DNA of 64,000 nt from an uncultured Oscillospiraceae bacterium (GTDB lineage: Bacteria; Bacillota; Clostridia; Oscillospirales; Ruminococcaceae): NCBI GenBank assembly GCA_964368815.1, contig CAYJDA010000001.1, positions 134,811-198,810 of the forward strand. The letters are read 5' to 3'. Position numbers and translations under genes: made by a program. This document shows positions 1 to 8,525 of the stretch, one piece after another. Within the stretch, counting starts at the first letter, position 1, and each line of letters opens with the position of its first letter. The notes below the pieces were generated by a model. That model was not told the DNA's origin, ran no database searches, and worked only from the letters and a program-made list of their open reading frames with translations.

Positions 1-302
1 CTGAATATTTCTACCGACATACCGTAATGACGAAATTCCTGCTCCATTCCCTCTATTCCGGCCATAACGTCTTTAAAAAAAGGATTTTGTGCAACGCATA
101 TAATTACCGCAACTCGATGCTTTTTTTTTCTTACAGCGAGCGCCATACCAACCTTGTTGGGCTTATATCCAAGTTCCTTTGCACATAACAAAACCTTTTT
201 TTCGGTAGACGAATTTACCTTTCCTCGGCCATGCAACACTCTATCGACAGTGCCTCTCGAAACGCCGCTAAGTTGTGCTATCTTACTAATGGTAACTGAC
301 AT
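1..302 (-). CDS. LacI/GalR-family transcriptional regulator, N-terminal part (gene runs off the window start)
   Basis: My own reverse-complement translation from CAT at 300-302 gives MSVTISKIAQLSGVSRGTVDRVLHGRGKVNSSTEKKVLLCAKELGYKPNKVGMALAVRKKKHRVAVII.... This is a typical LacI HTH followed by the start of the sugar-binding domain. It is absent from the ORF track because it is truncated by the window edge. Confidence 0.8.
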   Translation of the reverse strand, partial: MSVTISKIAQLSGVSRGTVDRVLHGRGKVNSSTEKKVLLCAKELGYKPNKVGMALAVRKKKHRVAVIICVAQNPFFKDVMAGIEGMEQEFRHYGMSVEIF

Positions 303-509
303 TATTCCCTCATTATATAGTAGCGTGCATGTACACATTAATGTTATTCTATCATTTATTATGTATTATGTCAAGCTTAACAATTATAGAATAATCATAA
401 CAAAAACTGTACATTTTTAATAAAACTGTATTATGTTGTATGTGCACATAAGTTATGAATCTACCTGTAGTATATTTTTTTAGTATGTCTCACCGAGAAG
501 TATTATCGC

Positions 510-538
510 TTGACTAAAAGACAAAAACATGGTAAAAT
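510..538 (+). promoter_or_regulatory. sigmaA-like promoter (TTGACT-17-TAAAAT) upstream of the M23 peptidase gene
   Basis: TTGACT at 510-515, a 17-nt spacer, TAAAAT at 533-538, about 60 nt upstream of the ATG at 600. Confidence 0.45.
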
Positions 539-599
539 AATCATTACGTTATAAAGATATTGTGATGTTTTATACAAATAATACTAAGTAGTCAAAATA

Positions 600-2447
600 A
601 TGAAATTAACAAATAATAATAAAGAGGTGTCCAAGGGCACTACTAACATAATAACTAAACTAAAATCGTCCAAGTCAAAGCCAAAAAAAAGCACTTCAAT
701 GCCCTTTGCTGTAACCGGTGTATTAGCTGTACAGGCCGGAAGTATGCGTTATGAGCTTAAATTTTTTGGACGATTATTCCATATGCTTTATAATTTAGGA
801 TTCTCGGTTGAGTATTCTCTTATTAAAGTGTTTCGAAGCATTAAGGTTTTATTACTGGTAATTGCTGATTATTTTGCAGAATTCCTAGGTCGTTTTTTTG
901 GTTGGCTATTTGGATTTATTTCCTATGGACTTCGAGAGTTCACGGCCCCCTTTGCCACCATTAGAAGAGCTGTAAAAACCAGTGGTGAAATCGTTTCAAA
1001 AGAAAAGCATTATGGCGGAACCCATATACGAGTAAGGCTTAAGGGATATATTCTCACAGGAATAAAGAAACACCTCCACCTTACTACTAACCCATTTTGT
1101 TATATCTTACCTTTGGCAGCTTTTGTGGTCTTTGTTTATACAGCGTACACCATCTTTAGTTACAATTTTATTTTGCAGGTTTCTAACAATGATCTTACCT
1201 TAGGATATATCGAAAATGCCAAGGTTGTAGATTCTGCACGACAGGTAGTTAACGAACGTATACAATACCAGGGTAGTGAATCGACATGGAGTTTGCAACC
1301 TGAATACACAATATCAGTTGCTGATGCGCTTCCGATAGAGGTTCAAACGCAAGACACCGATACACTTGCAAATAACCTAATACTTTCATCCGGACAGGAT
1401 ATTAGTGAAAGCACAGGTTTGTTTGTTGACGGAGAATTTTACGGTGCTACCTTAGATAGTATACAGCTTGAACAGGATATTAACTCTTTACTTGAAAACT
1501 ATCAACGAAGTAGAGAAGGTTCTACTATTAGCTTCTTGCAGGAAGTAGAGATGGTAGACGGTTTGTTTTTAAAATCAAGCATTGTTGATCATAGTGAAAT
1601 ACAGGATTTAATATACAGCACTACCGGCGACTCAACCACTACCTATATTGTTAAGGAAGAAGATACAGTATCCGGAATTGCATCCAACTATTCAATAACT
1701 ACCGGTGAGCTTATCTCATTAAATCCGGATGTGGATTTTACTAATTTGCAGGTAGGACAATCACTTTTCGTGAAGCGAAGCAGTACCTTTATAACAGTAA
1801 AGGAAGTTCAACCTCTCGTTTTTGAAGAAACGGTTGAGTTTACAACAGAACAACAGACTTCTTCAAGCCTACCCATGGGCGAAGTTAATACCATCACCGA
1901 GGGAGAAAACGGAACTAATTTAATCACTGCGGAAATTGTTTATATTGACGGGGTTCAAACTTCAGTAAATGTTATTTCTACCGAAGTGATTAAAGAACCG
2001 GTAGCTGAGGTAATAGAGGTTGGAACTGCACTTGGAAGTGGTGGAATAACCTACGATGGTCCTGCTCTTGGAAGTGGCGCCATGGTTTGGCCGACTGGCC
2101 CGGGCACCGGCGGAGTTTCACGTGGATTTACCGGAGTTCGCGCCCACAACGGAATTGATATTTGGGGCGCTGTTGGCACTCCGATTTATGCAGTTGATAG
2201 TGGAGTGGTTGTTTCAGCCGTTTACGGAAGTACAGGTTATGGAATAATGTTATTAGTTGACCATGGTAACGGTATTATGACAAGATATGCACATAACAGT
2301 ACACTTAACGTTTCGCTCGGAGACACTGTTTCTCAAGGACAACAGATTGCTGGAATGGGAAGCACCGGAAATTCCACCGGATCTCATCTGCACTTTGAAG
2401 TTATAGTGTTCGGAACTACTGTCGATCCCGCACCGTATATATATTAA
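600..2447 (+). CDS. Membrane-anchored LysM/G5/M23-family metallopeptidase (peptidoglycan hydrolase-like)
   Basis: The N-terminus has hydrophobic segments. LysM-like YIVKEEDTVSGIASNYSITTGELISLNP...VGQSLFV. G5-like TEGENGTNLITAEIVYIDGVQT...IKEPVAEVIEVGT. C-terminal M23 motifs HNGIDIWG..., DHGNGIMTRYAHNS, GSTGNSTGSHLHFEV. Confidence 0.85.
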   Translation: MKLTNNNKEVSKGTTNIITKLKSSKSKPKKSTSMPFAVTGVLAVQAGSMRYELKFFGRLFHMLYNLGFSVEYSLIKVFRSIKVLLLVIADYFAEFLGRFFGWLFGFISYGLREFTAPFATIRRAVKTSGEIVSKEKHYGGTHIRVRLKGYILTGIKKHLHLTTNPFCYILPLAAFVVFVYTAYTIFSYNFILQVSNNDLTLGYIENAKVVDSARQVVNERIQYQGSESTWSLQPEYTISVADALPIEVQTQDTDTLANNLILSSGQDISESTGLFVDGEFYGATLDSIQLEQDINSLLENYQRSREGSTISFLQEVEMVDGLFLKSSIVDHSEIQDLIYSTTGDSTTTYIVKEEDTVSGIASNYSITTGELISLNPDVDFTNLQVGQSLFVKRSSTFITVKEVQPLVFEETVEFTTEQQTSSSLPMGEVNTITEGENGTNLITAEIVYIDGVQTSVNVISTEVIKEPVAEVIEVGTALGSGGITYDGPALGSGAMVWPTGPGTGGVSRGFTGVRAHNGIDIWGAVGTPIYAVDSGVVVSAVYGSTGYGIMLLVDHGNGIMTRYAHNSTLNVSLGDTVSQGQQIAGMGSTGNSTGSHLHFEVIVFGTTVDPAPYIY

Positions 2448-2485
2448 TATTTACTCATAGCAGTGAACCGATCATTTTTGATAAA

Positions 2486-2530
2486 GTTAACCCCCGATAC
2501 TCAATGAGTTCGGGGGTTAACTTTATTTTC
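2486..2530. terminator. Bidirectional intrinsic terminator between the convergent M23 peptidase and pfkA genes
   Basis: 12-bp perfect stem GTTAACCCCCGA/TCGGGGGTTAAC (2486-2497 / 2510-2521) followed by TTTATTTT, with an A/T-rich tract on the other side. Confidence 0.8.
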
Positions 2531-2556
2531 TATTTAGAAACTGCTTGAGTTGCTTA

Positions 2557-3531
2557 TTATTGGCTTGCTGTTTGAGCTATTTCAATCAACTCAGAGTCTA
2601 CTTCTTGTTTCATCTTTAAAGCTTCTTCAAGGTCGTAGTCGAGAATTTCACTGCCCTTTAAAGCAATAACTCGATTTAACCTTCCTTCCTCGATAACCTT
2701 CACTGCATGAAAACCCATTCTGGTCGACATCGTTCTGTCCATTAAGCTTGGGGCGCCTCCTCGTTGAACATGACCCAGAACAGTTGCACGACTATCAATT
2801 CCTGAAAGCTGTTGAATTTTTTCAGCTAAAGAAAAGGCTCTTCCGGCACCTTCAGCAACAACAATAATATAATGTTTTTTTCCGGTACCTTTGGCAAATA
2901 ACATACGATTTACAACATCTTTTTGAAGATTATATTTAACCTCCGGGATTAATGCACATAGCGCACCGGTAGCAATACCAACATTTAATGCAAGTAGGCC
3001 ACAGTTTCGTCCCATAACCTCAACTACGCTACAACGGTCATGACTTTGAGTAGTGTCTCTAAGTTTATCGATAGACTCTATCGCAGTGTTCATAGCGGTA
3101 TCGTAGCCAATAGTATACTCGCTACAACCTATGTCGTTATCAATTGTTGCAGGTATGCCTACACACGGTATCCCCTGTTTCGCAAGGTCTAAACAACCCC
3201 TAAATGAACCGTCTCCGCCGATAACAACCATTGCATCTATCCCATGTTTTCTGCAGTTAGCTGCCGCCAGCTGTTGTCCGGTTAGCTTGATAAATTCAAG
3301 ACAGCGAGCAGTATGTAGCACGGTGCCTCCGCGGTGAATTATTTCAGAAACACTACGGACGTTCATCTCGTAAATTTCCTCTTGAAGCAAGCCATTGTAC
3401 CCATGTTTAACGCCCATTACCTGGTAGCCTTTTGATAGAGCAGTTCTCGCAACTGCACGTACTGCTGCATTCATACCCGGCGCATCACCACCACTTGTAA
3501 GGATACCGATTCTTTTTATTGTGCTCGACAT
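2557..3531 (-). CDS. pfkA: ATP-dependent 6-phosphofructokinase
   Basis: MSSTIKRIGILTSGGDAPGMNAAVRAVAR..., GGDGSF, PATIDNDI and a 324-aa length are diagnostic of the PfkA family. Confidence 0.95.
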   Translation of the reverse strand: MSSTIKRIGILTSGGDAPGMNAAVRAVARTALSKGYQVMGVKHGYNGLLQEEIYEMNVRSVSEIIHRGGTVLHTARCLEFIKLTGQQLAAANCRKHGIDAMVVIGGDGSFRGCLDLAKQGIPCVGIPATIDNDIGCSEYTIGYDTAMNTAIESIDKLRDTTQSHDRCSVVEVMGRNCGLLALNVGIATGALCALIPEVKYNLQKDVVNRMLFAKGTGKKHYIIVVAEGAGRAFSLAEKIQQLSGIDSRATVLGHVQRGGAPSLMDRTMSTRMGFHAVKVIEEGRLNRVIALKGSEILDYDLEEALKMKQEVDSELIEIAQTASQ

Positions 3532-3615
3532 CTATTTTCCTCCGTAAGATTGTTGTCTTTGTGCTACTATATAAATTATTTAATTACATTGTTATCAATT
3601 ATAGCATATTTTTAT

Positions 3616-3644
3616 TTGATTTTCAATAAGTTTTATGTTATAAT
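3616..3644 (+). promoter_or_regulatory. sigmaA-like promoter (TTGATT-17-TGtTATAAT) for the nucleotidyltransferase/kinase pair
   Basis: TTGATT at 3616-3621, a 17-nt spacer containing TGT (extended -10), TATAAT at 3639-3644. GGAGG RBS at 3721-3725 before the ATG at 3732. Confidence 0.5.
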
Positions 3645-3731
3645 TTCGTTAAAGCGTTTAGAGATAATACAGGCGCTTATCTATCAAGATTTGTATAATA
3701 TAACATCAATTATTAATTCGGAGGATTTTTT

Positions 3732-4637
3732 ATGACTTTAGTTATCTTAGCAGCTGGACTTGGCTCACGTTACGGAGGATTAAAACAACTTGATCCTGTA
3801 GGTCCTTGTGGTGAGTTTATCATTGATTACTCGGTATATGACGCAGTCAGAGCCGGTTTTGATGAAGTTTGCTTTATTATTAGAAAGGAGCATCTCGATG
3901 ATTTCAAGTCTACTATAGGTGATAGAATTGCAAAAACTGTTAAGGTTAGTTATGCATTTCAATCTTTAGAAGATCTTCCTGCCGGCTTTTCACTGCCGGA
4001 AGGCAGAACAAAACCTTGGGGAACAGCACACGCTCTTCTTTGTGCAAAAAATGAAGTTAAAGGAGATTTTGCTGTACTTAACGCAGATGACTTTTATGGA
4101 AAAGAAGCCTTTGAAGCAATTGCACAGTTTATGAAAACTCGCAAAAAAGATGATGCAATAAAACATTATTGCATGGCAGGTTATCTGTTAGAAAACACAA
4201 TTACCGACAACGGCCATGTGTCAAGAGGCGTTTGTGTCGTTAATGAGGACTCCACTCTCGACTCCATAGTTGAACGCGTTAAAATTGAAAAACGTGAAGA
4301 CTGTATTGCTTATTTAGAAGATGATGTATGGCATCCCTTGCCGGAAAATACAGTTGTTTCCATGAACATTTTTGGTTTTTCGGATGACATCTTCGTAAAA
4401 TTAGAGGAAGGCTTCACAGAGTTTTTAAAAAATGACAATAACGACAAGCTTAAAGGCGAATTTTTCCTCCCGCTTGCAATTGAGTATATGAAATCTAAAA
4501 ACTATTCGGATCTCGAGGTTTTAAACTGCAATGCTAAGTGGTATGGAGTAACCTATCGTGAAGATCGTGAGGCAATGGTTGAATTCCTAAAGTCCGCTAC
4601 TGAAAGTGGCTTGTATAAAAGAGGACTTTGGGAATGA
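3732..4637 (+). CDS. Sugar-1-phosphate nucleotidyltransferase (NTP_transferase fold)
   Basis: N-terminal LVILAAGLGSRYGGLKQL matches the G-x-G-x-R pyrophosphorylase loop. Also WGTAHAL and NADDFYG motifs. 301 aa. Confidence 0.75.
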   Translation: MTLVILAAGLGSRYGGLKQLDPVGPCGEFIIDYSVYDAVRAGFDEVCFIIRKEHLDDFKSTIGDRIAKTVKVSYAFQSLEDLPAGFSLPEGRTKPWGTAHALLCAKNEVKGDFAVLNADDFYGKEAFEAIAQFMKTRKKDDAIKHYCMAGYLLENTITDNGHVSRGVCVVNEDSTLDSIVERVKIEKREDCIAYLEDDVWHPLPENTVVSMNIFGFSDDIFVKLEEGFTEFLKNDNNDKLKGEFFLPLAIEYMKSKNYSDLEVLNCNAKWYGVTYREDREAMVEFLKSATESGLYKRGLWE

Positions 4638-5731
4638 CAACAGCGATAAACAACAATGACTTTAAAGAACTTTTAGAAGTTTTTAACCTACCTATATCCA
4701 AAACAGTTAATATAAAACCTTTCGGCAATGGACATATTCATAATACGTTCGCATTGCATGTTGAAAACAATGGCTATATTCTACAGAGAATCAACACCGT
4801 GGCTTTTCGCTCTCCTGAAAAGTTAATGACGAATATTGCAAAAATATGTGAATTTTTAAAACAGAAGGTTTTAGCCAACGGTGGTGACCCTTTAAGGCAA
4901 ACAAGAAATGTTGTTTATACCCGGGACAATAAAAGTTACCACATAGCCTCTGATGGTTCAGTTTATCGTTTATTTACGATGATTGAGGATGTTCATTGTT
5001 ATGAATCGGCGGATGATCTGTCACTTTTTTATCGATGTGGAGAGGCCTTCGGACTTTTTCAACAGCAACTTTCAGATTTCCCCGCAAATCAACTTCATGA
5101 CACCATAGAAAACTTTCACAACACACCAAAACGTCTTGAAGCCCTTGAGCAAGCCGTAACAAAAGATCCGCTTTCGAGAGTTGCATTAGTATCGGAGGAA
5201 CTCCGGTTTGTCCGAAATCGCAAAGAAATATGTGGTTATATCACCGAGAGACTTGCCGATGGGCGACTACCCACAAGAGTTACACACAACGATACCAAGC
5301 TTAACAACGTATTGTTCGACAATATTACCAATAATCCTGTATGCATTATCGACCTTGACACCGTCATGCCAGGTTCACTCTTATATGACTTTGGAGACTC
5401 TATAAGATTTGGCGCCGCTTCAGCCGCAGAGGACGAGCAAAACCTAGATAAGGTTTTTATTCGTAACGATTATTACAAGGCATATCTCGACGGTTTTCTT
5501 TCAAAACTGGGCGATAGTATTACCGATGAAGAGTTGTCCTCTCTTTACTATGGTGCAGTTATTATCACATTAGAAACGGGAATAAGATTCTTAACCGACT
5601 ATATACTTGGAGATGTTTATTTTAACATTCGATACCCCGAACAAAACCTCCATCGTGCAAAAACCCAGTTTAAACTGGTACGGGACATGGAAGAAAAGAA
5701 GGAATTGCTAATGAACATGGCAAATAAATAA
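4634..5731 (+). CDS. APH/choline-kinase-fold phosphotransferase, NahK/MdsC-like anomeric sugar kinase (putative)
   Basis: Brenner-type catalytic motif HNDTKLNNVLFD followed by IIDLDTVMPG. I prefer the ATG at 4634, which overlaps the upstream TGA (ATGA) and has GAGG 8 nt upstream. The ORF-track start at 4628 is a TTG. Confidence 0.7.
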   Translation: MTTAINNNDFKELLEVFNLPISKTVNIKPFGNGHIHNTFALHVENNGYILQRINTVAFRSPEKLMTNIAKICEFLKQKVLANGGDPLRQTRNVVYTRDNKSYHIASDGSVYRLFTMIEDVHCYESADDLSLFYRCGEAFGLFQQQLSDFPANQLHDTIENFHNTPKRLEALEQAVTKDPLSRVALVSEELRFVRNRKEICGYITERLADGRLPTRVTHNDTKLNNVLFDNITNNPVCIIDLDTVMPGSLLYDFGDSIRFGAASAAEDEQNLDKVFIRNDYYKAYLDGFLSKLGDSITDEELSSLYYGAVIITLETGIRFLTDYILGDVYFNIRYPEQNLHRAKTQFKLVRDMEEKKELLMNMANK

Positions 5732-5767
5732 TTATACGTCCCTTTTTTATTGTTTTATGCATTATTT

Positions 5768-5802
5768 AAACCCACATAACCTTTTCGCGGTTATGTGGGT
5801 TT
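5768..5802. terminator. Bidirectional intrinsic terminator between convergent genes
   Basis: 14-bp perfect stem AAACCCACATAACC/GGTTATGTGGGTTT with a 7-nt loop, A-run/T-run flanks. Confidence 0.8.
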
Positions 5803-5815
5803 AAATTAACATTTA

Positions 5816-6889
5816 TTATATTAGTAATTCCGGAAAGAGAATGTCAAAGGTTAGACTATCATATTGGGAGGAATAAACCACTTCAAGCCCATCCATTTTC
5901 TCGGTTAGCTCGGCATCTATAATGCTGATTATATAATTGCTAGACAGCATCTCAGTATTTGCTTCGATAACCTCATCAGATATTTCAATCTTATTTAGGA
6001 TGTGGTAGCCATAATCAGTAGCTACCGGATCGCTTATGTCTCCAACCGACATGTTATAGGCTTCTGTTTCAAATTCGGTAACCATAGTACCATAGGTAAA
6101 GAAATAGCCGTCCGGATTGGTTTCCATTCCTGGGTCCTGGTTGTATTCTTCAATTAATGCATCGAAGTCTTCCCCATCTTTTGCCCTATCGGATATATCC
6201 TTCGCTAGACTATCTAAGTCTTCATAGGGATTTCCCTCTGCATCTACCGCGGTTTCCAAACTGGCTTCATCTACCAGCACATGCTTTACCATCACATAGC
6301 TTTCAGAAGCTATTTCTTTTAATTCTTCTGTAGTAGCAACGTTGCCATTATCCGGGTTTGTGTAATACTCGTATATCCTGTTACTTAGCTGTGATATATA
6401 TATCTGCCTACTGTAAAATTCGGAGGAAATGCCTGCTTGCTCCAACATCTGATCATAGGCACTCTGTCCGCCAAGCTGAGTAATGTAAGCATCAAGTTCA
6501 CTCTGTAGTAATGCCTCATCCTCCTCGGTGATTGCTATTCCAAGTTCTTCTGCGACCCCACTGAATGCAATTTCTTGAAGAAGAACATTTGCAACACTTT
6601 CCTTAATGATGTCAAAGAGTTCTTTACCTTCCTCCGAGCCGTCTGTAAGGTAGCTAATATTTCCTGATGTAAACTGTGTTGAATATGCCATAATGAGATC
6701 GGAATAGTACTGTTTACTTATACCATAGTCTCCTATCTGCAACACATATGTTAAATCGTTTAATTTTGCTTCAGTAACCTTGCCACGTGATGCGTTAATC
6801 CCATAAGGATCTATAATAGAGGTTGCACCGGAACATCCTGTAAATACAAGCATTGTTAGTGCAAGTATACCTGCGGTAATTTTCTTCAT
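5816..6889 (-). CDS. PrsA-like lipoprotein peptidyl-prolyl isomerase (parvulin/PpiC domain)
   Basis: Lipobox signal MKKITAGILALTMLVFTGCSG. Parvulin-like VKHVLV...GEDFDALIEEY...DYGYHILNKIE. Confidence 0.8.
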   Translation of the reverse strand: MKKITAGILALTMLVFTGCSGATSIIDPYGINASRGKVTEAKLNDLTYVLQIGDYGISKQYYSDLIMAYSTQFTSGNISYLTDGSEEGKELFDIIKESVANVLLQEIAFSGVAEELGIAITEEDEALLQSELDAYITQLGGQSAYDQMLEQAGISSEFYSRQIYISQLSNRIYEYYTNPDNGNVATTEELKEIASESYVMVKHVLVDEASLETAVDAEGNPYEDLDSLAKDISDRAKDGEDFDALIEEYNQDPGMETNPDGYFFTYGTMVTEFETEAYNMSVGDISDPVATDYGYHILNKIEISDEVIEANTEMLSSNYIISIIDAELTEKMDGLEVVYSSQYDSLTFDILFPELLI

Positions 6890-7033
6890 CTTTATGTTGA
6901 ACCTTTCTTGTTATTAATTTTTATAGTTTAATCAAGCTAATAAATTTTTAGCTTTTCACACTATACATGTTCATAATTATAGCACACAGGTAATCCTATT
7001 GCAAGCATTTTAATTCTGTTTTCTCTCGCCACA

Positions 7034-8257
7034 TTAGAACAAATCTATAATGTTGTTTTTCTTACCGTAAAATACCTTCTTTAGGTTTTCGAGATTACCG
7101 TTAATTACTAAATCCTCTTTTAAGCAATTATCAAGATTGGTATAGCTACCCAAAATTAATGTAGAAAATGTAGAAATATCCATACTTGCGTCGCATTCTA
7201 TATAGGATTTTTCAATGCTTTTACATTCTCCATTTTCAAAATTAACTGCAAATGTAGCATTGTTCTGCTCAATGTGTGAATCATTTATCTTTACAACAGC
7301 ACTTCCTGTACCCTTATAACGGCTCGCCCGTAGAACTTTTTCGACGTCTATTACCCTCACCATTCCTAACTGTTGTGACTTACAGGATGTAAATATGCCC
7401 TCATTAATCAATCCGTCGAGACAAATATCATCGGGAAGTTTAAATCTAATTGCATCATAGTTAGATGCAAATGTTAAAGCAAAATCAATAAGTCCCTTAA
7501 ACCCTTCGGTGTCTGAAAAGAGAAAATCGTTTTTTGATGGGAAGGTGTGTGTGCATTCCATAATGTTTTTGCCTTCCTCCGTCACCTTTTTAAACATGAT
7601 AAATGCATCCGGGTCATCATTTTTGTTGTAATGAATATATGCATAACGTTGGTCGCTGAAGGTTCCGCGTTTATAAAAATACTTGTAGTTATCTTTACTC
7701 CTTACAACTGACATGTTATAGTTCTTGTACATTGTACTGTATATTTTGTCAACCGTTTCATGGTCGCTGTCCGGCATTACAAGTTCAACCCTTCCGCCAA
7801 CGTTAAACGGCTTTAAAGCCTTAAAGTCGATCGTCCACTGTATTACCCGGGAATTTGATTCGTATCCAAACTTTCTATAGTAGGAGCGGCTGAACGGATA
7901 GAGATAGCTGAACAGTACGCCTTTTTCATAACTTTCCTTGAAAAAGAGTTTGAAGCACTCCCTGATAACACCGTTTCTTCGATATGGAGGAAGGGTGGAA
8001 ACTCCACCTATTCCCAACATCATGGAGGTTGCTCCATCGTACCTTATCTCGTAAGGATATGCACCCATACAACCATAAATTGTTTCGTTATCATCAGCAA
8101 ATCCGGCATATAGCTTTTCATCAACGCCGTTTACCGGCTCACGCTTTTCCTCGTTGTTTTCCTGTACCTTTTCGTAGTCAAGCGTAAACTCAAATGCTAT
8201 ACTGCCAACTATTTTACTTTTGTAATTCTCTTCCGGTAATAGCTTTCTTACTATCAT
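7034..8257 (-). CDS. Eis-like GNAT N-acetyltransferase (GNAT + SCP2-like C-terminal domain)
   Basis: GIGGVSTLPPYRRNGVIRECF (acetyl-CoA binding R/Q-x-x-G-x-G/A type), YPFSRSYYRKFGYE. The 407-aa length is typical of the Eis family. Confidence 0.7.
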   Translation of the reverse strand: MIVRKLLPEENYKSKIVGSIAFEFTLDYEKVQENNEEKREPVNGVDEKLYAGFADDNETIYGCMGAYPYEIRYDGATSMMLGIGGVSTLPPYRRNGVIRECFKLFFKESYEKGVLFSYLYPFSRSYYRKFGYESNSRVIQWTIDFKALKPFNVGGRVELVMPDSDHETVDKIYSTMYKNYNMSVVRSKDNYKYFYKRGTFSDQRYAYIHYNKNDDPDAFIMFKKVTEEGKNIMECTHTFPSKNDFLFSDTEGFKGLIDFALTFASNYDAIRFKLPDDICLDGLINEGIFTSCKSQQLGMVRVIDVEKVLRASRYKGTGSAVVKINDSHIEQNNATFAVNFENGECKSIEKSYIECDASMDISTFSTLILGSYTNLDNCLKEDLVINGNLENLKKVFYGKKNNIIDLF

Positions 8258-8525
8258 AATATCACCTCTTGTTATAGTTTTATTCAGACTTCATCCAATT
8301 CTTACATACCCGACGGCACGGTGTAAGCTACAACTTTAATTGAGAAGCGTTTTTATTGCTTTTCCTTCAATATGCTGACACGGGCTCACAGTAAACACTG
8401 CAAGATATTTGACATTAAAAGCTGCTGTTGCTCTAATTACAGGGTACGAATACTCATCATAGCTTAGATTTTGTAAAATAATCGTTTATGCAAAACAGTA
8501 GCTTAAATTTGCACAAATACTGATT

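Noticed and set aside
154-420. 88-aa plus-strand ORF at the window start.
   Set aside because: Its first half is antisense to the LacI-family HTH coding region (1-302) and the remainder runs through AT-rich promoter DNA. It uses a TTG start and has no RBS.
3550-3735. 61-aa ORF in the pfkA / nucleotidyltransferase intergenic region.
   Set aside because: Its AT-rich sequence contains the predicted promoter, and the product is an Ile/Leu/Tyr-rich artefact. It ends inside the RBS and start of the next gene.
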